A stretch of 63,843 bases of DNA, the filler included, from Folioceros fuciformis (taxonomy: Eukaryota), in assembly GCA_049999805.1 (NCBI GenBank). It is 6 parts of 6 records of this genome, joined end to end, with 100 filler letters (N's around TTAATTAATTAA, not from the genome) between each part and the next. Parts side by side here need not be neighbours in the genome. Positions count along the whole stretch, not along the records: positions 4,822 to 17,778 come from JBNGIO010005489.1; positions 17,879 to 32,697 come from JBNGIO010005490.1; 4 more parts are not named here. The stretch is one strand, 5' to 3'. This document shows, in pieces, positions 12,322 through 25,676 of the stretch. How positions within the stretch are numbered: position 1 is the stretch's first letter; each line of letters opens with the position of its first letter. The notes below the pieces were generated by a model. The model was not told where the DNA came from and did no database searches. It saw nothing but the letters and a program-made list of their open reading frames with translations. The translations under genes were made by a program, and so were the position numbers.

Positions 12322-12649
12322 GGTGACGAGAAGAAGAACAATCCTGAGTTGCGGCAGCTCAGAGTATGGGAGAAATGAAATGAAAAGGTCGGTGTTATAA
12401 GGGACGCGCACCTCATCTCTATCGACTTCACACTAGAGCGTAGCATCTTGATCCAAATTGACAGGAGTGCGAGAGTGTAACCAAGTACAGAAGATAATAG
12501 CCATAAAGCTCAAAATTGAAGGTGCAGCTGAACCACAGTCTCTCACGAGTAGCCACCAACAGATTGAAGACTGGATAAGAAATCATTACCAACAAGTGGG
12601 AGTAAAGGAATACATGTGTTGGATAGATGATTAGGGTTTAGTAGTCTAG

Positions 12650-14106
12650 TTAAGCTAAGAGCTTTAAAAGACATACCCAAGAATATGGCTTGCCTCTCCT
12701 AAGTCTGTCATGTCAAAATGACCATTCAACTTTGACTTCAACACTATTAGTCCCAGCAATTAGCATATCATCCACATAGAGGACCAGAATCAGCAAGCTT
12801 CCATCCTTAGCTTGCTTCGTATAGAGGCAATGATCCTCATCGCTACGTTTGTAGCCTCGCACCGGAATCCAGGTACCAGCTACTATAGTCATTAGTAGAA
12901 CTAATCCAGCAGGCAGTAAGTATCTTGACTGGCACCTTTGGTTCTCCAGGATGTTTCTCTTTGACAGCGGCATTTGCTTGAGACTGTTGTTGTGGCTCAC
13001 TTGCCTTCTTTTTACGGCATTCTCTTGCCCAATGGCCAGGGGTGCCACACCAGTTGCACAAACCTGGTCTTTTGGTGGAGGAGCTGGCGGAATGAGTTCG
13101 CTAACCAGAACCTCCAGGTGGGTTATTTCCACCTTTGAATTTTGTCTTGCCTTTAGAGAAACGGGAATTAACAGCTAACACTCTCTTGGCTTTGTTCTAA
13201 GAAGCAGCACCAGAGAGAGTGCGGGCCTGCTCGACCAGATAGAGTGTGCCGATGATGTCCTCAACAATGGGGATAGCAGCGATAGTAGCTCCAGCAGCCG
13301 GCTTAACAGGGCTGTTTTGAGCTGTGACGAAACTCTGATATGAAGGTGGGAGGCTGATAAGTAGCTGGGATACAACTTCGACCTTCGGCATCTTATGTCC
13401 AGTCAGCGACGTGATATGGGCTCTCAGATGTCGGAACTTGCTAGTATGTGTAGCTATCTTCTCTCCTTCCTTCATCTTTAAGGCATAAAATTCCATACAC
13501 ACAGCTGATAATGACATCATATTGGTGGAATGATAGGTGGTTTCTAACTGATTCCATATGTCTGTAGCTGAGTCCAGATTCTCAACATCAGGCACAAGAT
13601 CTGCATCCAATCCATTGATGAGTAGGCCCATGGCCACTCCATTATGGTTAACCCATTTGGAGTGATCATCAGGGTGAGTAACTGGGTCGTTCTTGAATTA
13701 TGTGGAGTCATGAATAGTGCTGATTCTTTGTTGTTGTGGCACAAGAGAATTTATGCAAGAGAAGAGTGCTCCAGTTCTCCATCTGAATAACGATTCCATA
13801 TTCTTTCCTCTCTTACGGCAACGCTCCTTGTACAGGCGTTCAATCTCCTGATTTTTATTGAGAGTGTGAGCCGATCCGCGAGGAGTGCTGCGCTGGGCCA
13901 CACGACGCCCAAGCCAAACTGCAAGATATTCGTGCTTGTGGAGGTCCAGAAAATCGATGATAGGAACAGTTGCTCAATGTCTTCGTGGGTAGACTTCCTG
14001 ATATTGATTTTTTGGAAGTGCACCACGTCAACTTCCCCTACGGTTGCCCTGCCTCGGCATTTTTAGAATTTGTCAGTAGGGCTTGGAGCACCATGCTCTG
14101 ATACCA
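12650..14106 (-). mobile_element. Internally deleted Copia (PBS, leader, gag, then protease start fused to RT middle)
   Basis: PBS at 14095-14106, gag 13197-13637, knuckle CNWCGTPGHWAREC, and WYLDSGA joined directly to RT LVLYVDDMLIAG and HFDMTDLGEA. Confidence 0.85.
14095..14106 (-). promoter_or_regulatory. tRNA-iMet PBS
   Basis: TGGTATCAGAGC on the minus strand, immediately after an LTR terminus (TGTAAT at 14107 on the plus strand). Confidence 0.85.
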
Positions 14107-15099
14107 TGTAATTTCTTGAGTAGGAGCCAGATAATTTGCTTGAGCTTTTCTGACTTGATTGATAATAATAACAAAAAACTTTTAAGTATTATGTCTACAT
14201 GACTCTTCATGTGTAACCCTCATTTGTATTACCACTATATGTGTGGTCCTGTGTTTAGGTTTAACTAAACGATACTAGTTTATCATAACACAACAGGTAG
14301 ACCTTGTGTAGACATGGATGAAATTTGCTCTAGAGCATCCTTGTACTAGTTTCAGCTTAGGTGGACATATTGGTATTTTTATCCACCCTTTTGTGAGAAG
14401 ACATGCTTGTTGGAGAAAGACCCTCATCCATATTTGCTTCCTTTGATACTTCTTGGTGAGAATGGCACCTCCTTGAAGACTTGTTACCACTCCTTCTTAC
14501 TCGAGCTGGTTTTGGAAAATGGTTTTTCCTTGGTCTTGCAACAATGTGTTCTCAAGAAATATTTTTCCCGTTCCCTCCTAATGATACAATGGTCTTGGAG
14601 TCAACACGGTGATTTTGAGTTGAGTGGAGTCCTCATACTTGCACATCAAAAAGCATCCCATGTTTCCTTCTGTCCAACATTCGAGTTGAGGGTTTTTGCA
14701 AACTTTTGGCACAAGATGTAATTGCAAAGTGGACAACATCTTCCTCTCTCCAGTTATTCGAGCAAATTTTCATGCACAAAAGGATGCACTAAGGATGCAC
14801 AGCCTTTGGTACTCAGGTCTGCATGTCAGAAGGCAACTTTTTGGTTTCCCAATCTAGCACTTGAGCAGCAAACTTCTAGACGCTCTTGATACAAAATGCC
14901 AATGCACGATCCTCAACAGCCCATTATTGCTGATCTTTCGAGCTGGATTTTGTGCAAAGGGAGCGCGATGAGGACTCACAACATTTGTAGGTGTCGTGCC
15001 TAACATCCCCTGATCCCCACAATTTAGTTTCCAGTACATTGAGGGTTTTGCAAAAGGTACCAAAGGAGAAACGTCGTGGGCAAACCGCCCACACGTGTT

Positions 15100-16330
15100 G
15101 CACAGCGGGACTCACGATGGATGAGGTTGGCACGAGGTCTGCCTCTTCCCTTTTTCTAAGGAAGATTTGTTGACGAGTTGTCCAGGTGTGATGCCATCGC
15201 CCCTCACGTCTACCAGACCTACACCAACCAACGTTTTGGGGAAACCATAACCACAAGTGCACAGGATCTCCCATTTTTCGATTATCAGCGGATGTGAGAA
15301 AAACGGTGCACTTTCACTATGCAAGCATATGACATGTCTGGTTTGAATTCAATATAAATAGGCTCTCTGGTTACCCCTAACACTTGTTCCTTAGTGCCAG
15401 CAAACGTCGCAGTCTTCACCGCACTTGGTTTTAGTTTGTCACCATACAGCTTTAGAGCTTGTTGCACTTGCATTCCTAATGACACGAGTTCAGCACCAGT
15501 GTCAACCAACACACATTCCGATGCAAAACCATTAAAGGTTATCTACCTGTTTAGGTTTTTTACCATGGCAATCCCACTTTTGCCCCTAATCTCAAGTTTC
15601 AAGTGTTCTCCACACAGGTTGACCAAACTAGCCACGGCCACCGGATTGCCATCTCTCCTCTATGGATTCGAACCAAGTGACTCGACTAACTCTTTATGGC
15701 ACTCTGGCCTCTAATCATCTATTGCTCTTCATACTTCCTTTCTCTCCACTCGCTGAGCTATTGCCCATGGCTTAAATACCAATATCCTCATCTTCTATTC
15801 TTGTATCGCTAGTTGGAACGTGACCATGCTAACCCCGAGATCCCGCAGACTCATCATGAGTAGATCCATTAGTTTTTCAAGCGTCATTTCCTCACTCAAT
15901 GTCTTGTGTGTTGCTTGGCTTTCATCGTCACCTTTAAGTTGGTTGAAGGATTTGGGCATTCGATGCTGTTTTCAATTTTCTAGCACCCGCTCCTGGACTC
16001 TTTCTCCAAAGTCTTCCTTCCCATGGTTGTCTTCGCCCAACTTGTTGGCAACTAGTGTGCACACGTCCACTTCATCTTCCGAGTCTTCCTCCTCTTAGCT
16101 TTCTCCAATGGGCAAGCTCATGCTCACACTCATGGCTAACTGTTCTTGCAATCGATGCACTTTGCTCAATAACTCTTTGCACGTATAGTTTGCCACCGAC
16201 TCCGTTTTTCCTACATATCATTCTCTGATGCCTTTGGGTTTGAGCTTTGGGTGTGCTTGCTAGCATACTGCTTCAATGTGGCCAGTCTTTCCACATGCCT
16301 TGTGTAGAGGAAAAAAATATTCGCGAACCC
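15100..16330 (-). pseudogene. Decayed Gypsy gag/aspartic protease, similar to the DNMT-bearing family
   Basis: CGKTGHIEAVC knuckle and FNGFASECVLVDTGAELVSLG protease resemble CQKTGHVEVVC and VNGFAPRVVLLDTRAKLVIIG at 26.6-27.8 kb. Confidence 0.6.
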
Positions 16331-16731
16331 CTTTTTTGAGTGACAAATTTGGTGGATTTTGATTTTTTTTTTTGTGGACGTGTGAGTGAAACGGCTTAGC
16401 TTGTGAATAAGACTTGGGTATTTGTACCCAAAGTCTCCTTGGACCATGGTACTTTGGGCAAATCGGTGGCCAAACCAAGTGTTGGGGGGTGGCTAGACGT
16501 CCTTGGCCTTTGGCGGAGAGAGNNNNNNNNNNNNNNNNNNNNNNNNNNNNNNNNNNNNNNNNNNNNNNNNNNNNNNNNNNNNNNNNNNNNNNNNNNNNNN
16601 NNNNNNNNNNNNNNNNNNNNNNGGGAGTAGGTAGTTGTGGACTTAGGCTGGTAAACAGGGGTGGCGATAGCAGGTAGCCAAAGCGGCTACCGGTACTCGA
16701 AGGACGACGCCGGTAGTCAAAGGGAGACGAT

Positions 16732-17335
16732 GGTTACCAAAGGGAGGTAGCCGAAGTTTGACGACGGTTGCCAAAGGGAGGTAGCCGAAGTTTGACGACG
16801 GTTGCCAAAGGGAGGTAGCCAAAGTTCGACGACGGTTGACGAAGGGGCTATCGGTAGTCAAGCAACAACGCCGGTTGCTGAAACCCCTACTTGCACTAGG
16901 AGGCCTGGAATAGCAATAATTGCAGCCAGAGTAACAGGAGGCAACTAGCATCTTGGGAAGAGAGAGAGTAGACGGCCAAGATGGGTCAGCCAGCAGCAGG
17001 AGTGAGATGGATATTTTTGGAAGGATTTGCCCAATCAACAGCATGGAAGGAGAGCCTAAAGATTTTGTGTGGTAGGGGAAGGTGGGCCAGAAGAATAAAT
17101 AGGAGGAGAGAGAGTGGCACCAAGGTAAGCCATGAGTGGTTGCATCTAGAAATAGTATTTAGATAAGATTTAGTAAGATGCTATTTTGACCTGGTGCTGC
17201 CTGCCATTAAGAGCATCTAGGAGGAAAGAGATTGGCGCTAAGGTAAGCTAGGAGTGGGTGCATCTGAAAATAGTATTTAGATAAGATTTAGTAAGATGCT
17301 ATTCTGACCTGGCGCCACCTGCCATTAAGAGCACC
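16732..17335. repeat. Short tandem and direct repeats in LTR-like sequence
   Basis: 34-bp unit GGTTGCCAAAGGGAGGTAGCCGAAGTTTGACGAC x3, and a ~95-bp direct repeat at about 17121 and 17239. Confidence 0.75.
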
Positions 17336-17778
17336 TTTTTTAATGTTGACTATTTTAGAGCTAGACTTTATGACGGGCCGTGGCTCCCACTCCTGGAAAC
17401 TTTGTACAAAGGGGGCCTATTGGTGCCTCTCTGATTAGCAAATGTTTGAGACTCCTCCCGGTTGAGATCCCCTACGCTGTCCATGGCGGGACTAGAGAGG
17501 TCTGGGTGAGGCAGTGAGTGCGAGACGCTCCTAAGGGGGGGTTGAGGACTTTTGCTCCACAAATAAAAAGTGAGGGGGACGAATCCACCGTTGCTGGAGT
17601 GGAAGGAGCACCTCCTTCCCTTATTCCCTGAACGGCCAGTTGAGTTTGTAGTAGAAAGTGAGGGGGACGAATCCATTGCTGCTGGAGTGGAGGGAGAGCT
17701 TCTCCTTCCCTTATTCCTTGAATTGATTGACTGCATTTTTAATCTGGAGTGTGTGAGAGAAGAGAGTGTGTTGAGAAG

Positions 17779-17878
17779 NNNNNNNNNNNNNNNNNNNNNN
17801 NNNNNNNNNNNNNNNNNNNNNNTTAATTAATTAANNNNNNNNNNNNNNNNNNNNNNNNNNNNNNNNNNNNNNNNNNNN
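17779..17878. other. Artificial scaffold-joining spacer
   Basis: 44 N + TTAATTAATTAA + 44 N. Confidence 0.97.
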
Positions 17879-18993
17879 GAGCTCTTCTAGAGGGTATAAA
17901 TACCCCCTTGAGCTCCTTTGCCAACTACTCTCAATGTGACCTCTTTTTCTCCTCTCCTCTCTACCTCCTCTTCTCCTTTCCTCCACCATGCTCCTCTAGT
18001 GATCCTACATGTACTGCTTGCACTTGGCCTTCACCACATTGTGCAGAGAGTGCAAAAGCAGAATGGAGCTCTTGGATGCCTACCTACATGCTTGGACGCA
18101 GGAGGAGGCTACTCCGTGGTCGTGGATAGGCATTTGCCTGCTTCGCTCTCTGTAGTAATGGGGGGGGGGGGGGGAGGGGGGGGGATCTGAGCAGTGCCTT
18201 AGGGACGTGTGTGTTGTGGGGTGAGACCATGTGTAGGTTTGCCAAGGTCTCATGGGCTGTGAAATAAATGTGCCCATTTCATTCCCCACTATCGTTTGTT
18301 TGTCCCTTTGTCCTCTCACATCGCATAGCGAGGAAGGCAAGAAGGAACGTCCCCTTGAGCAAGTTCTACATTGGAGTGGTGAAAACTCAAACAGGTAGGG
18401 GTGTGTATGGAGGCGACATATGTGTGCACAGTAGACAACACGGTGAACGCTGAGCTCTAAAGGAAGGATGCTGAACCCACATGGAGGAGACGGACTGAAA
18501 TGTGAGGGATAAAATAAGGGCACAAAGTAGATGTCCTGATTGGGACACCTACTTTGTGCCCCCTGATTGGGACACCTACTTTGTGCCCTACAACCGAAGC
18601 GGGCACAATGCAAGCTGCAACCACATTTCCCAGCCACATATAATAAACAACAGAGTTTAGGTCTCCAATCTCTTGCCACAGGCACGCAAATTTCCCCTAC
18701 TCAACTGCACTGCATGTACAAGGAAATGTACATCTGCCATCTCCTCCACCTAAAAGTAGATAGGTTATCTAAGTAGCCTAGCATTATAGAATTATTACAT
18801 AAAACAATAATTAAATGAGGGCGTTATGGATCACAAGATCCATAGCGCTAGATGTAAAGGGACGCAAACTGTGCCCTAACAAACTAACTCACGGGACACG
18901 AAAAAAGGACATACGGGCTCCAACAAACTAATCTTTTTTTATTCCCTCGCGCATCCTCTCCTTCCTTCCTCTCGATCCTGTGCAAAAGCTTCA

Positions 18994-21900
18994 TGGTATC
19001 AAAGCCATGACTGACCCAGTGACACCCCCCGGTCCCTCCAACACGTGCGCAACCTGCTGCAGCGCGAATTGCATCCAGAATCTTTCCCAAGATCAATTCC
19101 TAGCAACGTTTTTTTGCACTAAAGGGCGCATTTGCAAGATTTGGGAGCATGGCAGAGGATTTCCTCGCTGCTGCTGTTGAGCACTACAACGCCTAACACC
19201 TTCCAGCATGCTGCGACCAAGAGGAAGGGGCAATCGTGCCGTGAGTGATTCGTTTGCAACGAGACCTGGCCAATCTGTGGAGGAACAGCATCGCCGCCTG
19301 CCTCACTTCTTCTCAAATTCCTGCAACCACCCTGCATGTACACACGACACAAAGAACAGAGGGCAGGTTAGGCACATCTCTAAACCTAATCCTCTTGCAG
19401 GGCTACGCAACCAAATTAGGAGGGAGATAGCGCACTCATGTGCGATTTCTATTCAAGCTTCCATCCCTGCACGTTCATGCTCTTGAAGTATGTGCACTCG
19501 TGATCTTAACACATCTCCCTGTCCATTTGACCACCTGCTTAGTGAGATTAATGATTCAATAAAGTCTCATGCTGTCCAGACCAGACAGCACATTGCTGAG
19601 TTGAGAAACAAGGTTGAGAGCACAAATAATCACATTGCCCACCTTGCACATCAGGCTCACAATTTGTCATCATATAACCCGGCACACGTTGACACATGTC
19701 CACACATGCCACAATCGGACATGAAAAATGATTTTGGCACTGCAAAAAGTCTTTCCTAGGCATATTCATCAACTATCTAGATGCCTTGGAGGAGGAGGCA
19801 AGCATCCCACTGTGATTCTGTTTTTTTTCACTTGTCATATAATAACAGGAACCGAGGCAACAGTAATCCTTGAGGTAGAGGCTGTGGTAGAGGCGCGAAT
19901 AAGGGTGCTGCGCAAGGAAGAGGAGATCAAGACCCAAGCTTTCCCTTACCTGTAGATCCTCTGTCACTCTATAAGATCGAAGCACAGACTGACTCCTCAC
20001 AAGGCAGCACATCAACGTCACTGTCAAATTTACAAACAACTCAAATTCATCATCTTGCACAAACAACCCTGAGACCACAAAATACTTGGGCTGAATCCAT
20101 TGCACAAGCCACTAGGGCAGCCTTAGCAGCACAGCTAGTTAGCACTATGGCACAAGCACATCCAAATACAGTCACAAACAACACCACAGTGCATGATTTT
20201 AAGGTAGACATTAAAGAGAAAGACAGGTTTACTGGCACACACTTTGATATCTGGTCTCTTAGAGTCTAGACTATCTTAAAAGAAAATGATCTCTGGGGCG
20301 TTGTCACTAGGGCTGTACCAAAACCTCCTCCAATAGCAACATTTGCTGAGCAAGATGCTTGGGCCAAACGTGACGTTCGGGGTTTAAGTGTCATCCAATA
20401 TGCCCTTGATGGCACGATGATGCACCACACACGTGATGCTGAGTCCACCACAGCTGTGAGGGACTCCCTATCCCAAGTATATCAAGTAGTCAATGGTTTG
20501 TCCTTGGTCAGTGCAACCAGAGACTTCTACAACTGCAAAACGCAAGAGCAAGATTCAGTTGAGCATCACATCATCAAGTTCAGAACTTTGAGATCAAATC
20601 TCTCCTGAAGTGGCACAAAGACAACAGAGATGCAAGCAGCAGTTGCCTTATTACTATCTTTGTCAGAGAGCTATTGAACCTTTGTCAGCAATCAGAGTTC
20701 GATGTTGAGGAGCGCAGCACAGGTTGCACTAGCAAGTCAGCAGCCAACTGTGACACTGTCTGACATTATTGGAGCTCTTCTCGAGGAAGAGTCCACAAGG
20801 AAAGCAAGCAGAGGTACCTCCCACAGAGGAGAGTCATCGAATCGAGCACTTTACATGAACAAAGGCCCTAAGAGACAGCCTCGTCAGCCTTGGCAAGCAA
20901 ATTCCAATAGTGGAAACTCCAACACATTCAAGAAGCATCCCTCACCTACAACAGGAAAGAAGAAGAGACCATGTAACTGGTGCTTGATCCCTTGTCATTG
21001 GGAGGCAAAGTGCCGCAAGAAGAAATCCGGTGAGCCCAGGTGTTTGGCTCCTGCATCTGAGATCAATGTGGTACAGCGAAAACCTAATGCACTCCTCACT
21101 ATATGCATGATATCAACCTCTACAAACAAGAGTGTCTGGTTTATTGATAGTGGAGCCTCATCCCATTGTTGCCATGACAAGAATGCATTTTCTGAGTATA
21201 AGAATCTTCCACCTGGTCAGTTTGTCCTTCTTGGTGATGATAGTGGACTTCATATATAAGGCATTGGGACAGTGCCTATCCAGCTAGTTGACAGGACCAC
21301 ATTGCATCACTTAGATGTTCTTCATGTTCCTTCTATGGTTAAAAACTTAGTCTCTGTCCGCAAGCTCACAGTCCAACATGTCTTAGATGTGTCTTTTTCA
21401 AGCCTGCACTGTGTCATCACAGGTCCATAGCATAAGAACAAAATTCTAGCTAAAGGCACGCCTCGTCATGACCTCTATCAACTAAATGTCACATCTAAGC
21501 TAGGACACCAATTCCCCAAGGAGCAGGCACATGTCAGTCAAGCCACTAAAGCCAAGGACCAAGTCATGTTGTGGCACTTTCACCTAGCACACATCAACTT
21601 CGACAAACTTCAGAAAATGGTGAACAACAATGCGTTATACCAAGAGAAGTTCATGCGTCAGTTTGTCGAGAAACAATTCTGTGAAGCATGTGTCTTTGGC
21701 AAGCATCACTAAGCCCCGTACAAGGATGAGAATCCCACAAGGGCGCCTAAACTCTTGGAGCTGGTTCACTCCGACCTCTGTGGCCCTATGTCAGTTCCTT
21801 CACTTGGCGGTGCTCTGTATATGTTATCTTTTATCGACCGCTGTAATTGATATGCTATCATCTATCTTATCAAGCAGAAGAGCCAGACCTTTGGCTGTTT

Positions 21901-22074
21901 CCAAGAGTATGTTACCTTTGCTCAACGCCAGACTGGCGAACTCCTTAAGGCTTTGCGTATAGATGGCGGTGGTGAGTACAATTCCGGTGAGTTCAAAGAT
22001 TATTGCAAGGAGCTGGGGATAGCACGGCAGCTCACCGTGCCGTATATATCCTCGCAAAATCCCATAGCTGAATG
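18994..22074 (+). mobile_element. Degenerate Copia (PBS, long 5' region, gag, protease, integrase), cut by an LTR insertion
   Basis: PBS TGGTATCAAAGC at 18994-19005, IKEKDRFTG..FDIWS, CNWCLIPCHWEAKC, WFIDSGASSH, VHSDLCGP, RIDGGGEY, SQNPIAE. Confidence 0.88.
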
Positions 22075-23481
22075 TGTGGGGAAATATTGTACCTGGTGGT
22101 ACTGCGAGGTCCACACAAACCCTCTTTGTCGTTATAGCTCAGGGATTCGATCCCAAGGGAATGATTTGTGTTAAATAACATGGGTTTCCTTTAAAAGTCA
22201 GTAACTACCTAGGATAGACCTTACCTACCCCAGCTCTACTACCTGGTCCAACTACCCCTACCCCTCAATTGACCTAGCTACCGCGGACTCTACCTTACCT
22301 CTCTAGCCTCGCTTAGCTACCGGGGTAGGGAGCTCTACCGGGACCTCCACTATCGGTAGTCGATTCCACTACCGAGGCAGGACCCACCCCACCTTTTAGC
22401 TAACACGCGCTGGTCAAGTATTGCTCCGCGGTTCTATTAACAATTCCGGGTGGCGTTTTAGTCGTTCCTTGTTCTCCTCGGGACCACACACAACCTGACA
22501 CCCTCTCATTCACCACAAACCACACCACTACTTTCACGCGACGTTCCCCACACACACATGCCCGAAACCCACTCAGGTGGACGTACTCCGCAGTTACTTT
22601 CTCACTCAAAAGTCGGCGCTATCGCTTAGTAGCCTCACCGCACTTTCTCACGCCGTTACTTCCGATCAGTCCTACTCTTAGTCACACCACACTACGCAAC
22701 TTGCATTCACTGTTCCACTCGCGAGAATCTCTCGCGGCGCTTACAACATCCATGCAGCCCCTCACACTCTGGAGCTCTCCCGGCATTCACTCTTCATAAC
22801 CCGTCTATTCAGGGTTGGTTCCGACACACATACACAAGACGATCCCACACACGCAGACATAGGCAGTCACCGCCCAACAAAACTCAACTCCAACATCTCC
22901 TCAGACAGTACAACCCGACGTTCCGCCCCCGGGGCGCAGCCTCCACTGGCTTCTTTGCTCCTTCAGTGTTCTTGTCTCTACCTCGTCGCCACTCCTGTGA
23001 CTGCGTCACACACACTCACAAAGCCCGTTGGCTCAGCCCTCACGCTTCCTGATCATACACTCACTCTTCTCTCGACTCCTTCTCATTCACTCATCTCCCT
23101 CCCGATTCGCCCATGGAACCACTATCGCAGAGCAATGCGACCTCGATGCCACCACCTAGGAATGCTGCGTGCACTCGCCTGCCTGGATCTCCCTATCCAG
23201 CAGCGGTCATCGCCAAGCCCCTCGAGTTTGGAATGTCGGTTTTTTGCTACCTTTTGAGGCGCCAACAGGCCTCTTGTACATTGCGATGGCGGGTCTGCAC
23301 CCGCCATTAAGTTTGGTCCATGGACAGGGAGCCGCTCTTAATTACGAGTGGAGTCAGGTCCAAGAAAAAACATTACCTAGAGACTTTTCTAAGATTTGAA
23401 TCTAGGATGCAATTACTATCGCCGATTTTCATCGCCGCGCCCGCCTTCCTTCTGCCTGCCCACCTCTGGCTCTTCTTCCTC
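22075..23481. mobile_element. Gypsy-type LTR (family B), right end probably interrupted
   Basis: Starts TGTGGGGAAATATTG...GTCCACACAAACC...GATCCCAAGGGAATGATTTG, homologous to the start at 30176, and breaks the Copia integrase. Confidence 0.65.
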
Positions 23482-25676
23482 TGTCAGGCCATGCTGAGTA
23501 ATTAGGATATCTAATTAATCAAATATATGTAATTAGGCTAATTGTATGTAATTAGTCTGATTATGTAATTAGGTAGATCAGGGATAGCTAGGTAGGGTGG
23601 TGGAGAAGAAGCATCATTGTGCGAAATGGTGGAGAGGTTACGAGTGTGGGCGACATGGCGTCCAGAATTGTGCGAAATGGTGGAGAGGTTACGAGTGTGG
23701 GCGACATGGCGCCGCTGGAGAAGAGGAGGATTGGGGGCAACGGCCTGGGGCAGCGTGACAGATAAGTGTCGGAATTCTAGGCTCAGTCACGCGGTTGTTA
23801 GAAGTTCTCTCGTTGAGCCTAAGCCTGCGTTCAAGGTGGCTGGCCAAAGGAACTGCTTGTGAATCCCCTGCTCAAAAATCAGAGTGAAAGCGCTGATGAG
23901 TTGCATTGAGGTGGGAGCATGTGTGACTAACAATCTGAGCGTGCCACGCCGGGGCTAGGTGGAGGACTTACTACGAGTCACAAACCCAGTCGCTGTGATT
24001 GCAGGACTGAGATCTGGCTCACAAACCCCATGACTCGGCCAGGCAAGTTCACAAGGGCCGTGGTGCTTCATCGCGGGCATCAGCACGGCACCGGTGGACG
24101 ACAGTGCTGGACGTTGAGCTGAGACCCTCAGCTCAAGTACCAGGAGAGTTCATGCACGATGTAGTGTCCCGTCGCGAGCATCAGGGCAACACCAGTGCAC
24201 GGCGGCGCTGAGCGTTGGACTGATGGACAACAACAAACTGACGCGTGCGTGAGCGCCAGAGGTCAGGAGGGAAAGACTCATTGAGTGCGGGCTGAGGCTG
24301 TCGATGAACCCGAGCTGACTGTGTGGAAGGCCCGCTCACGAAGCTGAGGATATGACTGCACGGTCTATAGTCTACAGGGGGCACCCAGACGGATCTGAGC
24401 TCGTTCAGTCGTGAGCTGGAGCCGGCAGGAGTAGATTGTGTGTGGGTGTCGATGTCTGTGCGCACGCAAAGCCACAGCTGCCGTTTTCAGGACTGAGGAG
24501 CTGGGGGTCGTGGCGCTGTGCCTGGATCGTGGCGCTATACCTGGATCGCGACTGTGCCTGGATCGCGACTGTGCCTGGATCGCGACACTGTGCTAGGATC
24601 GCGACGCTGTGCCTGGATCGCGATGCTATGCCTGGATCGTGGTGCTGGCCTGGCTTGGGCAGGCTGTGAGCAGGGGAGACTTGAGTCGCGGACAAAGTTG
24701 TGGGGGCGTCAACGAGCACTGCCAACGCTGTTTGTAGAGGTCACCACCGGGATCAGAATCAACGCCTGCGGGACCTTCGTGGTGACACCGACATATGCAG
24801 TAATCCGTGTTGTGCACGCTGGGTGTGTTGGACAGTTGAGAGCCAGCCAGTTGATGCAGACAATTGCCCTGGCTGGACATCACTTGAACATGTTGTGAGG
24901 CTGAGACTGTGTGGTGACGCTTTTGTATGGGAAGCCATTTCTAACAACTGTCCTGAACTTTGTGGCCATCGATTTGGTATGCTGCAGGTTTTTGTCCATA
25001 AACGTATGTGGTTCTGGTTATGTACACTGGGAGACACCCGCCCTTCTTTGTTAGGATCAGGGTGTGGACTGACTGTGCTAAAGTTTTGGTGAGCTAAAAG
25101 AAGGACAGGATACTCACCTTGCTGGGTGTCAGGTTGAGATTGGTACACCGACTACTAAGCTGTAAGTACTGGTTTGGCCTAGATCCTAAGTGAGCAGAGC
25201 TTCAGGCTAGTGGACACTTAGTTGTCGATAGCGTAGTCCTGATGAAGGTCTAGCAGGGAGTCAGGGTCAGTCAATAGGCACAGGTTGCTGTGCACTCTTA
25301 CGTTCTCATTTTTCTTAACTCACTGCTAATTACCGACCTTGTTTGGTTTCTGCATGGACTATATATGCCATTTGATGGGAGTGATGAGGAGCCAGCCTAC
25401 CATCTGAGAAGTAGGACCATTCCACGGTGACCTTGGGTGCCTCGGCGGAGGGCACGGCGTCAATGGACTGCCAAGCCTAGTTCACCAGGGCAGAGACTAG
25501 CTGAGGAGTCGATTGACCGCCACCCTAGCCAGAGTGTCACAGACCAGGGTAGCATTGGGGAAGTGTTTGGATCTGCTAGGGCAGTAGGAGTAAGCTGGTT
25601 GCCTCTGTCGAACATTGTTCAGGCTGTAAGCGGAGACACCAGTTCGGAGGAGAAGGAGTCCAAGGAGTCTGACACC

